A stretch of 64,000 bases of DNA from Eutreptiella sp. 'Long Island Sound 2002' (lineage: Eukaryota; Protista; Euglenida): the NCBI GenBank assembly GCA_964036045.1, contig OZ038378.1, positions 53,692,001 through 53,756,000 on the forward strand. Direction: 5' to 3'. Shown here piece by piece: positions 42,993 through 55,012 of this stretch; position 1 is the first letter of the stretch; each line of letters opens with the position of its first letter. The translations under genes were made by a program, and so were the position numbers. The notes beneath the pieces were generated by a model. It made no database searches, was not told the origin of the DNA, and worked only from the letters and a program-made list of their open reading frames with translations.

Positions 42993-43269
42993 CAGACCGT
43001 TGTTTGGTTCCAGACACAAGACGACCTGATCTTCGTTTCATGGGTGTCAATAATTAGGTGTTGTCTGGTACCACACACAACAGGAGGAATTCTGCTTTGA
43101 CAGGCCGCATTAGTGAGTTGTTGTCTGGTTCCACACAAGGAGGTCCAAGCACACACTTTGACGAGGCTAAAAGAAGTTGTGTCTGGTTCCAAACGCAAGC
43201 GGGACACGGTCTGGTCTGCGAACGATCCAATTGCGCCAAATGTCTGTTATGAGAAGCAACAGAACGTAA

Positions 43270-44348
43270 GTGAAGTCTGCTTATGGTAGAAATACATCAG
43301 GTGTCTGGTTCCAGACAGATGTGACAACCTTCGTTGTTGCATGGGACAACTTTCCTAGCCAGGCACGCATGTGCCGTGTTCGCTCTGCAGTAGACTGTCG
43401 GAAAACTCTGGTTTCCGATTGCCGCCTGGGTGCAAGTGATGCTCTCGATGGATTGGAGAGGCGTGGACTGCCAGTAAAGTTGCACTTTTGGAATTGCCTC
43501 GCAGGCCTCGTCCCACCTGACCTTGAGGAGGTTACGCAGTACCTGGGCTCCAGCAATGTGTCACTGCCAATGATTACAAAGAAGGCAAAGCAACTGAAGG
43601 CTCCACGTTTGTGGGAACATCATTTGTGCCACCTAGACAACCACTTGGTTGACCCCAGTCGCAAAACGCTTGCAGAACGGGCCCGTTGTGCACAGTGTCT
43701 CTTGTCGAAGAGCCATGTCACCTTCAAGACGTACCCTTGGAAGTGGTCTGAGCAGAACCGCTGGCCCCCGTGGAAGTATGTCGTAACTGCTGCAATCTGG
43801 AGTGACCCCACGTATGCTCCCCTCCGTGATGCCCTTCGGCGTCCCCTTGTGAACCCCGATATCAAGATTGCTGCTGATGTCAACTTCATCACCGTGAACG
43901 TTGGCTCTGAGGCCCCAGAGGCGGGGGTGACTGACAGCAAGTCCGTGGATGGGGTCATGCATATCACAGGGATGGCACCTGGTACTCCGCTGCACTCTAC
44001 GGTGGCCAACATGCCGTATTGCTGATCGTCGTTGAAGTTCCTAAGGGACATATGGAAGGCATCCATTCTGTTTTCAGTCGCAATTCGGTGTCTGGGACGC
44101 TTGTTCCATTTGTTGGCGAGGCTTGTGACGTCTTGGAAGTGCTAGATGGTCTCCGAATGTTGCACGACAACGAGGGTTTGACAACAATTCACGTGGCTTG
44201 CTTTATTCTGGGATCTCTCACACAGCTGTACTCGATGGGATTCACTGAGGTGTGGGTAGTCTCCAAAATTCTGCTACCCAAGAAGGTATTACTGTCAGCT
44301 CCTGCTACCTGCTGCCTGCTACCAAAGTCACGTTGTCTGCACCGTTAA
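43270..44348 (+). pseudogene. Element C accessory gene, unknown; homolog at 61400-62600
   Basis: WKWSEQNRWPPWKYVVTAAIWSDPTYAPLRDALRRP aligns with WVWSESDQWPSWDAISKASMWSADEWESFRIILAKP. Confidence 0.6.
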
Positions 44349-45859
44349 ATCCTAAAGTTTGTCTGGAACCAGACACTTACGAGGCAGAATGCGTCCTAAG
44401 AGGGGTGAATTGTGGGAAAGTGTGTGAAACCAGACCACATCTGCTAGTCCAGCTGCACCAATAGGGGTGTCACACTCACTGTTTCCTTATAGAGGTGCCT
44501 CGCTACTTTGCCTTTTCTCGTGATCCGTTGGTGAACCAGCTGTGTACGGAGGTTGTTGGGTTTGTCATGCACCACCTGGCAGATGCAGTACCCTAAGAAG
44601 GAACTACCCTGTGGTTCTTGGTTATCAGTGGTTCTGTACAGCTGGCCTGCAGTCTGGCAGTGCGCATGCCGGTACCCATCAGTGTGGTGTTAGGCTCGCC
44701 CACGGAGCAGGAGTCTATTGCAGACGTTGGTGCCCTCGTATGCAGCAATTTACGCATCGCTGATGGGCTCAGCCCAATTCCCTGGAATGTTTGAAAATTT
44801 CACGGAGGGTTGCCCTATGGACTCCAGCTGTGTGCCTGAGAAGGCAGAGGGGGAGTAGGACTTTGAAGATAAAGTGGAAGACGTGGGCGCCACCCCAGAC
44901 AATGCTGCGTATTGTACACCGAAGCAGGCACGGGGCCCTGGCAAAAAAGGTGGTCGCACATGGAAGGGAGACGAGAACAAAGCCTCCTCATCCCAGACAA
45001 AAGGCAAAGGTAACAAAAAAGCCGAGGCATCACCTCCTTATGAGCCTGCAGCCGCGGGATCCGATTCTCAGTCGTCTGCTTCCAAGAGGGCCAAGATTGG
45101 GTTTCGGGCATGGAAGGACCGATTCAATGGCTCCAAGAAGAACTAAACCTGCATTGTTGCAGCTGCTGTGGTTGCACAGTGTTGTTGTAAACCTGCTTAG
45201 TGACCACATTATCTATGCATAACATGTAATCATTGTGGCACCTTGTTGGCGTGTCAGTCCGCTCCCTTGGTCCCAGTGGTCCATTTTGACGATTTTCCAT
45301 TCACCGACACGCGGCTGACAGTCCTTTGTCACTTTTTTATGACATTTTGTTGCGGACCACGATTGCTTTTGTGGAACACGGTACTTTTTCATCAGGTTAC
45401 TCGTCTTGTGTGTGGAACCAGACAATTTTTTGTGATTACTATCCCTATGTAGCAGGTTTTGGTATGATCTGTCTGTTTCCAGACAAACTTCAGTATTTCA
45501 CTGTCTGCTAGACAAAAATTTGAGTAACATGGTACGCGTCGACGAGTAGTGCCTCCGCTGGTGTAGTGATATTCAAGCGTGCATAGACACACATGCATTC
45601 TGTGGGCTTCCTCCTCAGAACTTGACTTTTTTCTGCATATTTCACAGGGCCTAGCCTCAAGTTGGTTTTGTGCGCAAAGTGCCAAAAACCTATATGGGGG
45701 TAGTCAAAAACGAGGGGAAACAAACGTGCGCTGCTTGTTGCTAAAATTTCAGCCGTGTAGAACGCGTTTTTGATGACCGTCATGCGGTGACATTTTTGTC
45801 GGGGGTCCATGGGGGGGGGGGGAACTTGGGCCGTCTAAGACCAAGGGAGGCCTTTTTTT

Positions 45860-45985
45860 TTCGGGCAGGAACCCCCCTAGGAGCCCCTTCCTAGACCCTC
45901 CTTGCACCCTTCCTGGATTCCTTCTTGGTAGGAACCCACCTTCCTATACAGGAACCCCCCCTTCCTATGACCCTTCTTGTCCCTC
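45860..45985. repeat. E3 subterminal CCTTCCT / AGGAAGG blocks (inverted copy at 49480-49625; also 47450-47670)
   Basis: CCCTTCCTATGACCCTTC at about 45958 is the inverse of GAAGGGTCATAGGAAGGG at about 49484. Confidence 0.8.
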
Positions 45986-47218
45986 AAAGGCAGCCTGGTT
46001 TTCCCAATGTCTGCTCGTCCCTTTGCTTGGGATTGGATGGCGGCCGTCACAGGTCCCGCCGGTGCACGTGGTTGCTCCCTTCCGGAGGGGCAAACGTTCC
46101 ACGACACCCCGATGCCAACCAACTCTGCCTCGATTTGGCCGCCGGGCACGACCGTTGGCCGGGTGCGCATCACCAAGTCCATCCTCCGCGACAGGGACCC
46201 CTATGCCCTCTCGGACCTCATTGCGGAGACGGTGCGCTGCAACCCCGATATCACTGCCTTCCACGTGCGGCCCAGCTGAGCGGACTACCCCTGCTTGCTG
46301 GAGTCCCTGTCCACCTGCTTGCCCAGCGACCACGCCCGGATCCACAACCACTACCCTGTGGATGGGGAGCCGCCCACCACCCTCCGCTTCGCTTCCACGA
46401 AGCCCAAGCCCGCCACTTTCGCTAAGGAGGGGTAGTACAAGGAGGCAGCCAAGAGAAAGTTGTTCCTCTTCCATCCGCGGCCTTCCGGTGAGGAGACCCT
46501 CACCGTCTACTCCCTCTGCAAATGCACAGCGTGCGAGTGGGACGGCGACGGCCGCGGGCTCACCTTGCCGAGTGCCTATGCGGCCAGCGGGCTGCTTGCC
46601 CTCCCCGTCACCTCCACCCCGCTCTTTGTGGCGTACGACGACCCCCTGTTGGAGCTGCCGAGTGACTCCCCCACTGCCGTGAAAAGGGACCTTAGCTAGC
46701 TTGCCAGCCTGCAGCACTTGTTCATCCGGGGCTTTTTTGCGGTGTATGAGGTGGAGGAGGCGCACAAGGAGGCATTTGCGATCGCCGAGGAGCCCTGGGC
46801 CTGCATCTTCAACCACGACCACCCAGTTGCCGGCCGAGCCGAGGACCCGCCGGACCGCAAGATGGTGTGGGGGAAGCCGGAGGACATGTCCAAGCATCCG
46901 AATGGGGAGGAACACATCCACATTCTAGACCTGCCGCGCTTGACGGCCATGGTCACGCAGGTGAAGGCCAAGCTGGAGGCGATCTTGGGCAAGACGCTGC
47001 ACGTCATGACGCAAGGGTACATCGAGTCCATCACCCGCGCTCGACAACTGCCGCACCGCGATTTTCCACCATTGTCACTTCATGTGGATGGCATCGCCCT
47101 CTCCGTGTCTTGGGCACTGTTGACGGATATCCTCGACGATGATGTTTGCGCACAGGATAGTAGTCACGTCGTGCGCAGGGCGCGTAAGGTGGTGCCACGA
47201 GCGGGGTGCTTGACATAG
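45977..47218 (+). pseudogene. E3 cargo gene 1: N-terminal domain plus truncated PhyH-like dioxygenase
   Basis: PPGTTVG, DLIAETVRCNP and YSLCKC...GLTLP match the E1/E2 domain; WACIFN...RARQLPHRD gives the HxD motif. Confidence 0.7.
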
Positions 47219-47730
47219 CTTCACCCTTGGGGGCACCACCGAGATTTCCAAGTTTCATGTCATGAATTGCCAGCTCTCACTTCAAGCTCATTGATTCCTT
47301 CTTTCATGGACGCATTTGCATGGCATGTGTGAGTTGGAATGCAGCCAGGGATGCATTGTCTTGCCCCCATGTGACAACGGTGTCTAAAGGGACCCGGGTA
47401 GCATTTGTTGTGGTTGCGATAGGGGCAGCACACCGAAACACCAGGTACACGAAGGCGGGGGGGTTCGTGTGCAGAAGGTGTCTAGGAAGGGGTACAGGAA
47501 GGGGGTTCTTGTATGGGAAGGGGGGAGGTTCCTGTGCAGGAAGTGGTCCAGGAAGGGGTCCACGAATGGTTTTCTTGTACACGAAGGGGGGTTCTTGTGG
47601 GGTTCACGGGACAATTCCTGGCCAGAAAGGGGGGGGAGGTTCTTGTGCAGGAAGGGGGTTCAGGTGGAGTTCCTGTGGCACTTCTTGTGCACATCTTGCC
47701 CTCACAATTCTTGGAAGGTTTTCATTTTAA

Positions 47731-49300
47731 ATGTATTGCAGAAAGGCCGTTGCCAATTTTGTTGCCAGCGTTGTTCGTGCGACCCGGTATTGGGATCTGG
47801 AGGTTGATGCACGGCGACAGAGACGGAAATACATTGGTGACGCTGTGGGCGCTGTGCTAGGAGATGACGACATCGTTGTGCGCACAACCGGTAACAGTAT
47901 AGTGAAGGAGTCCAGCAGCCACGAGGTGCGCGCTGACAACGAACAGCATGTCTTCGAGGAAGGGATCCAAGTGTTGCGAACGGCACACCACATGAGCCTT
48001 TCCACGCGCAACATTTTACAATTGGAGGGCAATTGTACACGAAGGGAGTTAATGGAGGGACGCCGCAAACTGTTGCCATATGTCGCAACGGCCCTGGAGG
48101 TCTCCTTGGGGGTGGTATCGCACCGATCTGCTGCTGTATGTCCACTCCTTGAAGTAGTGCAAAGCCAGCTGACATTGAGTGGGGTGTGCGGTACGTTTAA
48201 CATCTATCAGCAAGACCGCCTCTTGATTATCATTTGCGCAGGTGCCACACCACTGCGGCAGACCTCGGCCACCAAGTGCGACATCCATGTGACCGTTTGG
48301 TCAGAGGGTGTAGCGGCTGCAGGCGACATGCAACGCTGGGCGACGTGGTGGGCGCTTGATGGTCGGGATGACACGCTTTGTCTCCGGGCCATTGACACCA
48401 AGGCAAACCTTAATCAGGATGTTTTGGATGTTCTGTCCGCTGTGGATGTTTGGCACTTGGGGAATTGCCTCCCCAGTGTATGTGCCTTGACAGGTGAGTG
48501 CAAAGCCATGCTTTCGGCCAATTATCACAAGGGGACATGTTGGGTGGGCTGCCATTGCATTGATTCTTTGGCACGTGCCAATTTTGTACCGGCCCAATGC
48601 AGGTGGGGCTCATTTTTGAGGGCAATTGGACCATGCAACCGCGTTGGTGGCGTGGAGCATGGCTCGTGTCGTATTGCGAACGCAATAGTGAAGCGAGTCA
48701 ATGAAACATTGAACGATTTGATTGAAAACGGTGCACCCGACGTTGCCCGTGCTGCAAGGGACACAGGCAAAGCTTTGGGTTCGGAGCCTCACAAGCTTTT
48801 GGATGAAGTGAAAAACGTTCCTCATGCCGAGCGGTTCTCTCCCCGGCCAACCAAGGCCGGAAAATTTGATATAACAGGTGGCAAAATATTTTTTGAAGAC
48901 AGTGCATCACATGGCGGAGTTGTGGCCGTATTGCGGGACAACCCACCCGACGTCGCCTTTGGTGGCGTTAATTTTTTCCTATTGCTGAAGCATTTGTTGT
49001 TATCAATGCATCGAATGCACGCGCTTTGGCGCAACACGCATTGGCTGACACAAGCCAAACTCAACGAATTGGAGTTTGCGAGTGACCTTTTGGGGGAGTG
49101 TTGGGGTAAGTCGCAATGGGGTGTGACCGCTTGGGTACATTGGGCATGTGTGCAAAACGCATATTTTGTGCGTCGCTTTGGGAGTTGGTACATTTGTCAC
49201 AGTATTCGGACGGAATACAGAAACCAACCGTTCAAGCGGCATATTAAAACTCGATGCGCGATTGGTGCCTTCTGCGACTCGCAACACACGCCTCGGAATG
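47731..49300 (+). pseudogene. E3 transposase, RAG1/Transib-like DDE; open frame but the catalytic Asp positions look substituted
   Basis: CAGATPL, ALDGRDD, LTGECKAM...CWVGC, RWGSFLR, VGGVEHGSCRI and VTAWVHW...TEYRNQPFK. Confidence 0.72.
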
Positions 49301-51584
49301 AGGCACGTGGTGCACACCGACACACTGAGTGTCGGTGTGCAATTGTGCGAGGCGTGACAAGGCCGCGGTGTAGCCGTTGTCAAGCGACGCAACTAGTGGG
49401 TGGACCAGTGCCAACATCATTGTGGTGGCACAAAGCGATTCAGGCCCTAGCGAACGGATTTGTGTGCTATTGCCTCGGGACAGGAAGGGTCATAGGAAGG
49501 GTCTAGGAAGGGGGGTTCCTGCGCAGGAAGGGGTCTAGGAAGGGGGGGGTTCCTGCCCAGGAACCCCCCTAGGAACCCCCCTTCGTGGCCACCAAAAGGG
49601 GGGTTCCTAGGGGGTTCCTACCCAAAACGGGGTTTACAAGAACACCCCAAAATTGGGCATCACCAACCCGGGACCCAACGTCTCCCAAAATAGGCGCATT
49701 GTAGGTGCGGTGTTTGTGTTCAAGGTCTTCGGGTGCCGTCGTACCGTGTAGGAGTAGAAAAACCGTGGGAAGGGAGGCGGGGTTCCTAGGCCATCCTTCC
49801 TTGGCTGCACCTCAAGGACAGTGGTTATAGGGGGAGCCTTAAGCGCAGTGCGAGCGCAGTGCAACTATTGGGGCGTTTGGCCGTACTAGAGACCCATGCT
49901 TTGAGATACTAGGGGCCCCTAGGGGCAGCATGGTGACCCCTAGTAGAGGTTTTGACTTTCGATTTTGTCACCCTTTGTTGGGGGATCCCCGATAATGTAG
50001 GGGTGACGTATCATTTCGGCCGTCTTTTGGGCCCCATCCTTCCGGTGCTATTGAGGAAACCGGGACAATCTGTGAATCCACGCTTTGATACTAGTAGGAT
50101 TCACCCGATTGGACTGTGTACAACCGAAAGTTTCAACGGCAAGCTCAAAACAAGTGACGTTATGTGGCACTACACGCAATGCCGTTTGCCACTCTCTTCA
50201 TTGTGTTGATGCTTTAGATTATATCTGTGCAGAGTCGCGAAGAGCCATTTCCACTTAGGGGGACAAGCACGCATCAGACGACCAAAGATTCCATTGGGAA
50301 GCGGAAGTATTGAAGTAAGTCCGATTCTCTGATACAAGGACGCGATTAAGGCTCCTTTTGTGTTCTTGAGGGTGGCGACCAATGCGCCGTTCATGGCTTT
50401 TACAGTTGTGCATGATGTGTATTATGTAAAGGGAAGGTAAATTGCAACTTTGTTGAGGTCGGGCAGTTTGGGTGACCTAGTTCTAACGGCGTTTCCAAGG
50501 GGTGTGCTTTGGGGCTCTTCGGGGGAAACATAATCTAAAAGTAGCATGTAGTGTGCGCGCAGCGCAAAGATTCCCCCATACACAGCAGTGTCCTGAACCC
50601 GGCCATCTTCACCGAACCCCAAGCAACAGAAAACACATCGCCGAGAGCCCCGCAAGCTTGAACATGTAGAACAAGTGAAGACGTTATTGCACTCTCACGG
50701 AAGAAAGAAGGGCCAATCTGGACAGATGGATCGTAGGGCAGACCGCAGGTTGGGAGGTCCTGGGTGGGGGGGTATGGAGTGTATTTTCCATTGAGACCTG
50801 GAGTGAATGTTTCAGAGGTTGTGCCGGTGGGGGAGCCGCAAACCATTGGAAGGGCCAAGCTTAGGGCAGTGTGAAGGGCGCTCAATGAAGTGACCCTGTT
50901 GCAGCCGGCGGCTATTTTGTGCGATTCGAAGTTCATAGTAGATGTATGCGAGACATCACAATTAAGCAGCATACACACCAGCATCCAACTAGCATGTTAT
51001 AGTAATAATAATAATAATAGTGATGGGATAGTAATAGTAATAATAGTAAAGTAATAGGATGAGTGCGGGGATTGGCCTCCGGGTTCTCCCGACGCATCGG
51101 TACCACTTTCGGGTCACGGGTTCTCGTCTAACCATGAGGCAGGGTATCATCAAATCTCAGTTTGGACAGTCGCACTCACGCGGGGGGGATGTCTCCTCGC
51201 TTCTGTACGCGACTCCCCCCCCCCCCCCCAGTAGAAGTGGGTCAAAGGCCCCTAGGGGGGGGGGGGGGGCTAGCCGCCGAGGAGGGCCTCCCTAGGGGAC
51301 TAGCTAGTCGCTGCTAGTTGCTAGGGGGGGGGGGGGTTGGGGGGGAGGGTTTAGCAGAGGTCTAGTCCAGTCTGGCAGAGACGCGGTGGCCTAAGGGGTT
51401 ACTCTACAACAACGGAGGCCTCCACTCTACCTCCTCACCATTGCAATGGTGGTTGCAGGCGCCCACACCCCCTGCCTGGGGAGGGCCGTATATATATGCT
51501 GGTCTCTCCGACACGGCCCATCACACCGGAGAGCAGCTGGGTGCCTTGCAGGTTGCCCAAGCCTACGAGGCACCCGTTTGCTTT

Positions 51585-51775
51585 TTTTTTTCCTTTGCCG
51601 TGCACACAAGTACCGCTCTATATGAATGGTTTTTTTTTCCTTCGCCGCATACACAAATGCAGCTCTGTGGGAGTAGGTTTTTTTTCCTTCGCCGTACACA
51701 CAAGTACCGCTCTATAGTAATGGTTTTTTTTTTCCTTCGCCGTATACACAAATACAGCTCGTTCCGTCCCTTTTT
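51585..51775. repeat. Tandem repeat of about 45 bp (TTTTTTTCCTTCGCCGTACACACAAGTACCGCTC-like), 4 copies
   Basis: Directly visible. Confidence 0.85.
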
Positions 51776-51829
51776 TTTTCCACTACCCCACGGCTCACTT
51801 AAAAAGTTCTCCCTCCGACGACGAGTCGG

Positions 51830-51996
51830 AATCAGAGACATTTGTATTCCGCCGCTTTCGGGGCCTTGTCCATGACAAGTCCATTTTCCTGCACTGCCCT
51901 ACACTCTCCAAAGGGCGTGAGCGTTCCGCACCTGATGACGCCTCAGTGCAGGAGGAGGACGAGGAGGAGGAGGAGGAGGAGGAGGAGGAGGATGAG

Positions 51997-52031
<35 letters not shown>

Positions 52032-52560
52032 GGAGGAGGAGTTAGAGGGGTCCCCAACATTGGTAGGGGGATTTGCCGAAGGCGGGCCCATTGCCACATC
52101 CACCTGCGCATCATCTGCTGTTTTTTTCTTCTCTTTCTTCTCATCATGTGCAGTCCAAGCGAGGACAACATCGCGCTCTGAGGCTGGGGCACAAAGGGTG
52201 GCGGGGGGCGCGACATCGTGATGCCTGCATCGAAGTGCATCTTCATGCCGTACAACCGCACGGGAACGCCATTGAAGCGATAGCCACAGCCGCACACTTC
52301 ATCTGTGCAACCACAATCGCCCGTTTTGGCATGATCACTCCCGCATTTTCCTTCGCAAGGTACAAGTCTGGGCTGAATACCAAAATCGATGCCCGCGGAT
52401 TCGGGTGCATTGGGGCACGGATCGTGAGGATCGCAACCCGTATGGAACGCAACCTTGCAAAGCAAACATGCAGCTTGGCACCCCTTCTTGCCGCAGATGT
52501 GGCAAGCGGTTTGGAGTAACTTCTTCTTTTCCTTCTTTGCTGCACTCATGGGTGAGAAAG
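51830..52560 (-). pseudogene. Zn-finger / Cys-cluster protein with poly-Ser tract
   Basis: CHICGKKGCQAACLLCKVAFHTGC (PHD/C1-like) and PCEGKCGSDH...CGCTDEVCGCG; (GAG)n on the plus strand at 51950-52045. Confidence 0.5.
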
Positions 52561-54329
52561 AACTGCACACACGAAACAGGGAAACACATGCGGGATTCCG
52601 TGGAGCACAGGCAAGAAACATGGCAAAGACGTATCCAATGCAACTCCTGTATTCGCGATTCTTAATGACCATGCCACCCAGACAGTGCCTACTCCCGTCG
52701 CTCTGCGGCGAATGCTTTCCCGGGTGCCTACTCCCATCGCTCTGCGGCGAGTGCATTGGTATTGCTTTAGGTTTCGGCACACACGGGTTTGGGTTTGGGC
52801 ACTGCCTGGTTGGAAGTTTTGTGACACGGGGAGCCGCCCCTTGCCGCACTTACCTAAAAAAACACGGAGGAACGGAACTACGCAACAAAACACAACGCAA
52901 CGCAACACAAAGCAAAGCAAGAGAAAGCAAAGAAAGAAAGAAAGCCCCTTTTTGCCTCCTTCTCGAGCCGGGGAAAAGCTCGAGGCAGTGATCTCCATAC
53001 CCCTGATTGCCTCCTCCTCGAGCCGGGGTATTAAAGCTCGAGGCACGGATCTTCAAGTGCCGGTATCGGCGAATTGGACACAAACAACAAACAACACAAA
53101 CAACACAAGCAACAAAGCGTGGATTCAAAGATTGTCCCGGTTTCCTCAATAGCACGGGACGGTTGGGGCCCAAGAGAGGGCGAAAATGCTACATCACCCC
53201 TGCTTTCTCCGGGGTCGCCAACAAAGGGAACAAAATCGGAAGTCAAAACCTATGCCGGGGGTCGCCATGATGCACCACGCAACGAAGCGTGCGTTCAAAG
53301 ATTGTCCTAAGTGTGCCCCCTTAGCGCACCCCCTGCATTCTCGGGGGTCCCCAAAATTTTGGGGCGCCTTCGGCGCCACCCTATGTATGGCTAGTAGCCA
53401 TTTACCCTTGGTAACTAAGTGGGCCCGGAGGGGGGGGGGGAGTCGCGTACCGGGACCGAGGAGACGTCCCCCCCTGTGGTCGCACTTTTTGTGGCTCCTT
53501 GCGTACCCATTTCCCACGGACATCCTCATTCAGCAATCCATCGTACTTTCTTTTCAATGAAGCCTTTTTAGGACTGCTGCTGGGCGGCTTCGGCATTACT
53601 TGGCTTACTGAGATGTCCTAATTGCCAGCAGGCTCCAAAGTGGCACGGAGATCCTTGGGTCCACCCCTGGACATCGCAACATAGTACTCTTAAAAGTAGG
53701 CAAATGACGGTGTTGTAAACAATAATCAAGTCAAAAATAGGCACAAACCATAGCGAAAAAGTAGATTCTGGTTCCCCGCCCACACAACCTCTCAGGACTC
53801 TTCATGTGCAATACCACCGGCATCCAGGTCCATTAAAACTTGTGCGTCCAAACTTTCAGCCAATAGTATAGGCTCAGGTGCCTCTCATAAGACTCCACAG
53901 TGATAACCCCTTGTCGCAGCACTACCCCTCGACCACGCCCCCCCCCCCCCATTTCCGCGTGCCCCCTGTTGGCATCCGCTGGTTTTCTTGAAATCAGGTA
54001 CCACACCCACCAATGTGGTCCTCCGTGACTTAGCGTCCAATGTGTTCAATGTTTCCATGGTGTCCAAGGCTTACATTACAAACATTCTGCCTCAATGCCT
54101 TATGGTCATTTATTGGCTCACTAGGCTCTGGCCTCATGGGCTGAAGTACTCTAATAAACAAGTTCATGTATCAAATTCAGTGAGAGAGTCCTGGTGATGG
54201 TGAGCCTATGTGGTATAGTGGCAGAATGAGCTGTTGCTCAGGTGTTGCTATGGCCGATTGTGGTGTGCCGACAGGCGTCCCCCTTTGAGACAAAACTACC
54301 ACCGATTCAGGCGTCCAGTGCACACAATC

Positions 54330-55012
54330 ATTATGTCCTCATGTCATTGGTGGTTGCGCGCGGTCAATCTGTACGTCTGGTGCGTGCTGCGACTCCCTGA
54401 CCATTGTGTCCAACAACAGTGCATTGACCGTCCACAATGGACTTCGCATGTGTCCTTGCCGTGCCAACCGATGTACTGCATCTTTTTGTGTGAGCCCTAA
54501 ATGTGAAGGCACATGATATATGGACACGTGTGTACCATACACCTCAAGCAAAATGAGGATTTGCTTCCAGTGGTCTGTGTGTTTCACTAGTCCTGCGGTC
54601 GTTCGCCAATCATTCCTTTGCCACTTCTGTGCCTGACCGCGCACTTTTGTTTGTTCACTGATCCGTTGTACTCACTATTTCTTTTAGCTGGCAACTACCG
54701 GGTCCTTGGGGGCCAGCATGTGTCATTTGCCCTAGTGGATATATGGAACGAGGCTGCAAGGACTAGCAAAGGGGTACCGGAGTGGTTGAGCAATGTGCCA
54801 GTTGAGGTTATTAGTACGGAGTGTGGTGTGCAAAAACGACAGGGAATTTCTGCTGACCACAATGCCATAAAATAAGCATTAATTTCAGCTCTGCGCAAGT
54901 GTGGCAAGCTCGGGTTCTCCACCAGTGGTTTGTGTTTGTGAATCTGTGTTTGTGTCTCTGAATCCGAACAAAACACTGACACAAGATACCCTCTGGAAAG
55001 ACCGGAAACCAA
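54330..55012 (-). pseudogene. RNase H domain of a degenerate retroelement
   Basis: RRAEINAYFMAL and KWQRNDWRTTAGLVKHTDHWKQIL...HVPSHLGLTQKDAVHRLARQG follow the RNase HI motif order. Confidence 0.85.

Larger units (their letters stand above)
38814..45490. repeat. C-specific palindrome GTGTCTGG(AA/TT)CCAGACAC arrays with about 60 bp spacing
   Basis: Runs at 38814-39072, 41550-41930, 43000-43318, 44360-44437 and 45408-45485. Confidence 0.85.
38540..45839 (+). mobile_element. Element C: 7.3-kb Academ-like multigene element
   Basis: Perfect 17-bp TIR CTTAGACGGCCCAAGTT; ACCAA duplicated at 38535-38539 and 45840-45844. Confidence 0.9.
38394..49814 (+). mobile_element. Element E3: TG...CA transposon (dioxygenase and transposase, no coiled-coil gene seen) containing nested element C
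   Basis: TGGGGTGCAGCCAAGGAAGGGTGGCCTAGGAAC (38394) versus reverse complement TGAGGTGCAGCCAAGGAAGGATGGCCTAGGAAC (ends 49814). Flanks share AG, but also a 7-bp AGGACAG. Confidence 0.88.
49920..53280 (-). mobile_element. Element F: long inverted repeats around a Cys-rich gene remnant
   Basis: About 170-bp inverted repeats at 49925-50090 and 53108-53278 (shared core GTGCTATTGAGGAAACCGGGACAATC). Target duplication not identified. Confidence 0.6.

Noticed and set aside
38814-45490. Bona fide CRISPR array
   Set aside because: Repeats are short and degenerate, arrays are dispersed and switch orientation, no cas genes are visible, and the context is a eukaryotic transposon. Kept only as a CRISPR-like geometry finding.
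47731-49506. Intact, active transposase or a domesticated host RAG1
   Set aside because: The 591-aa frame is open, but the expected catalytic Asp positions read CAGAT and TGECK, and it lies within TIRs. No RAG2-like gene or RSS heptamer/nonamer is seen.
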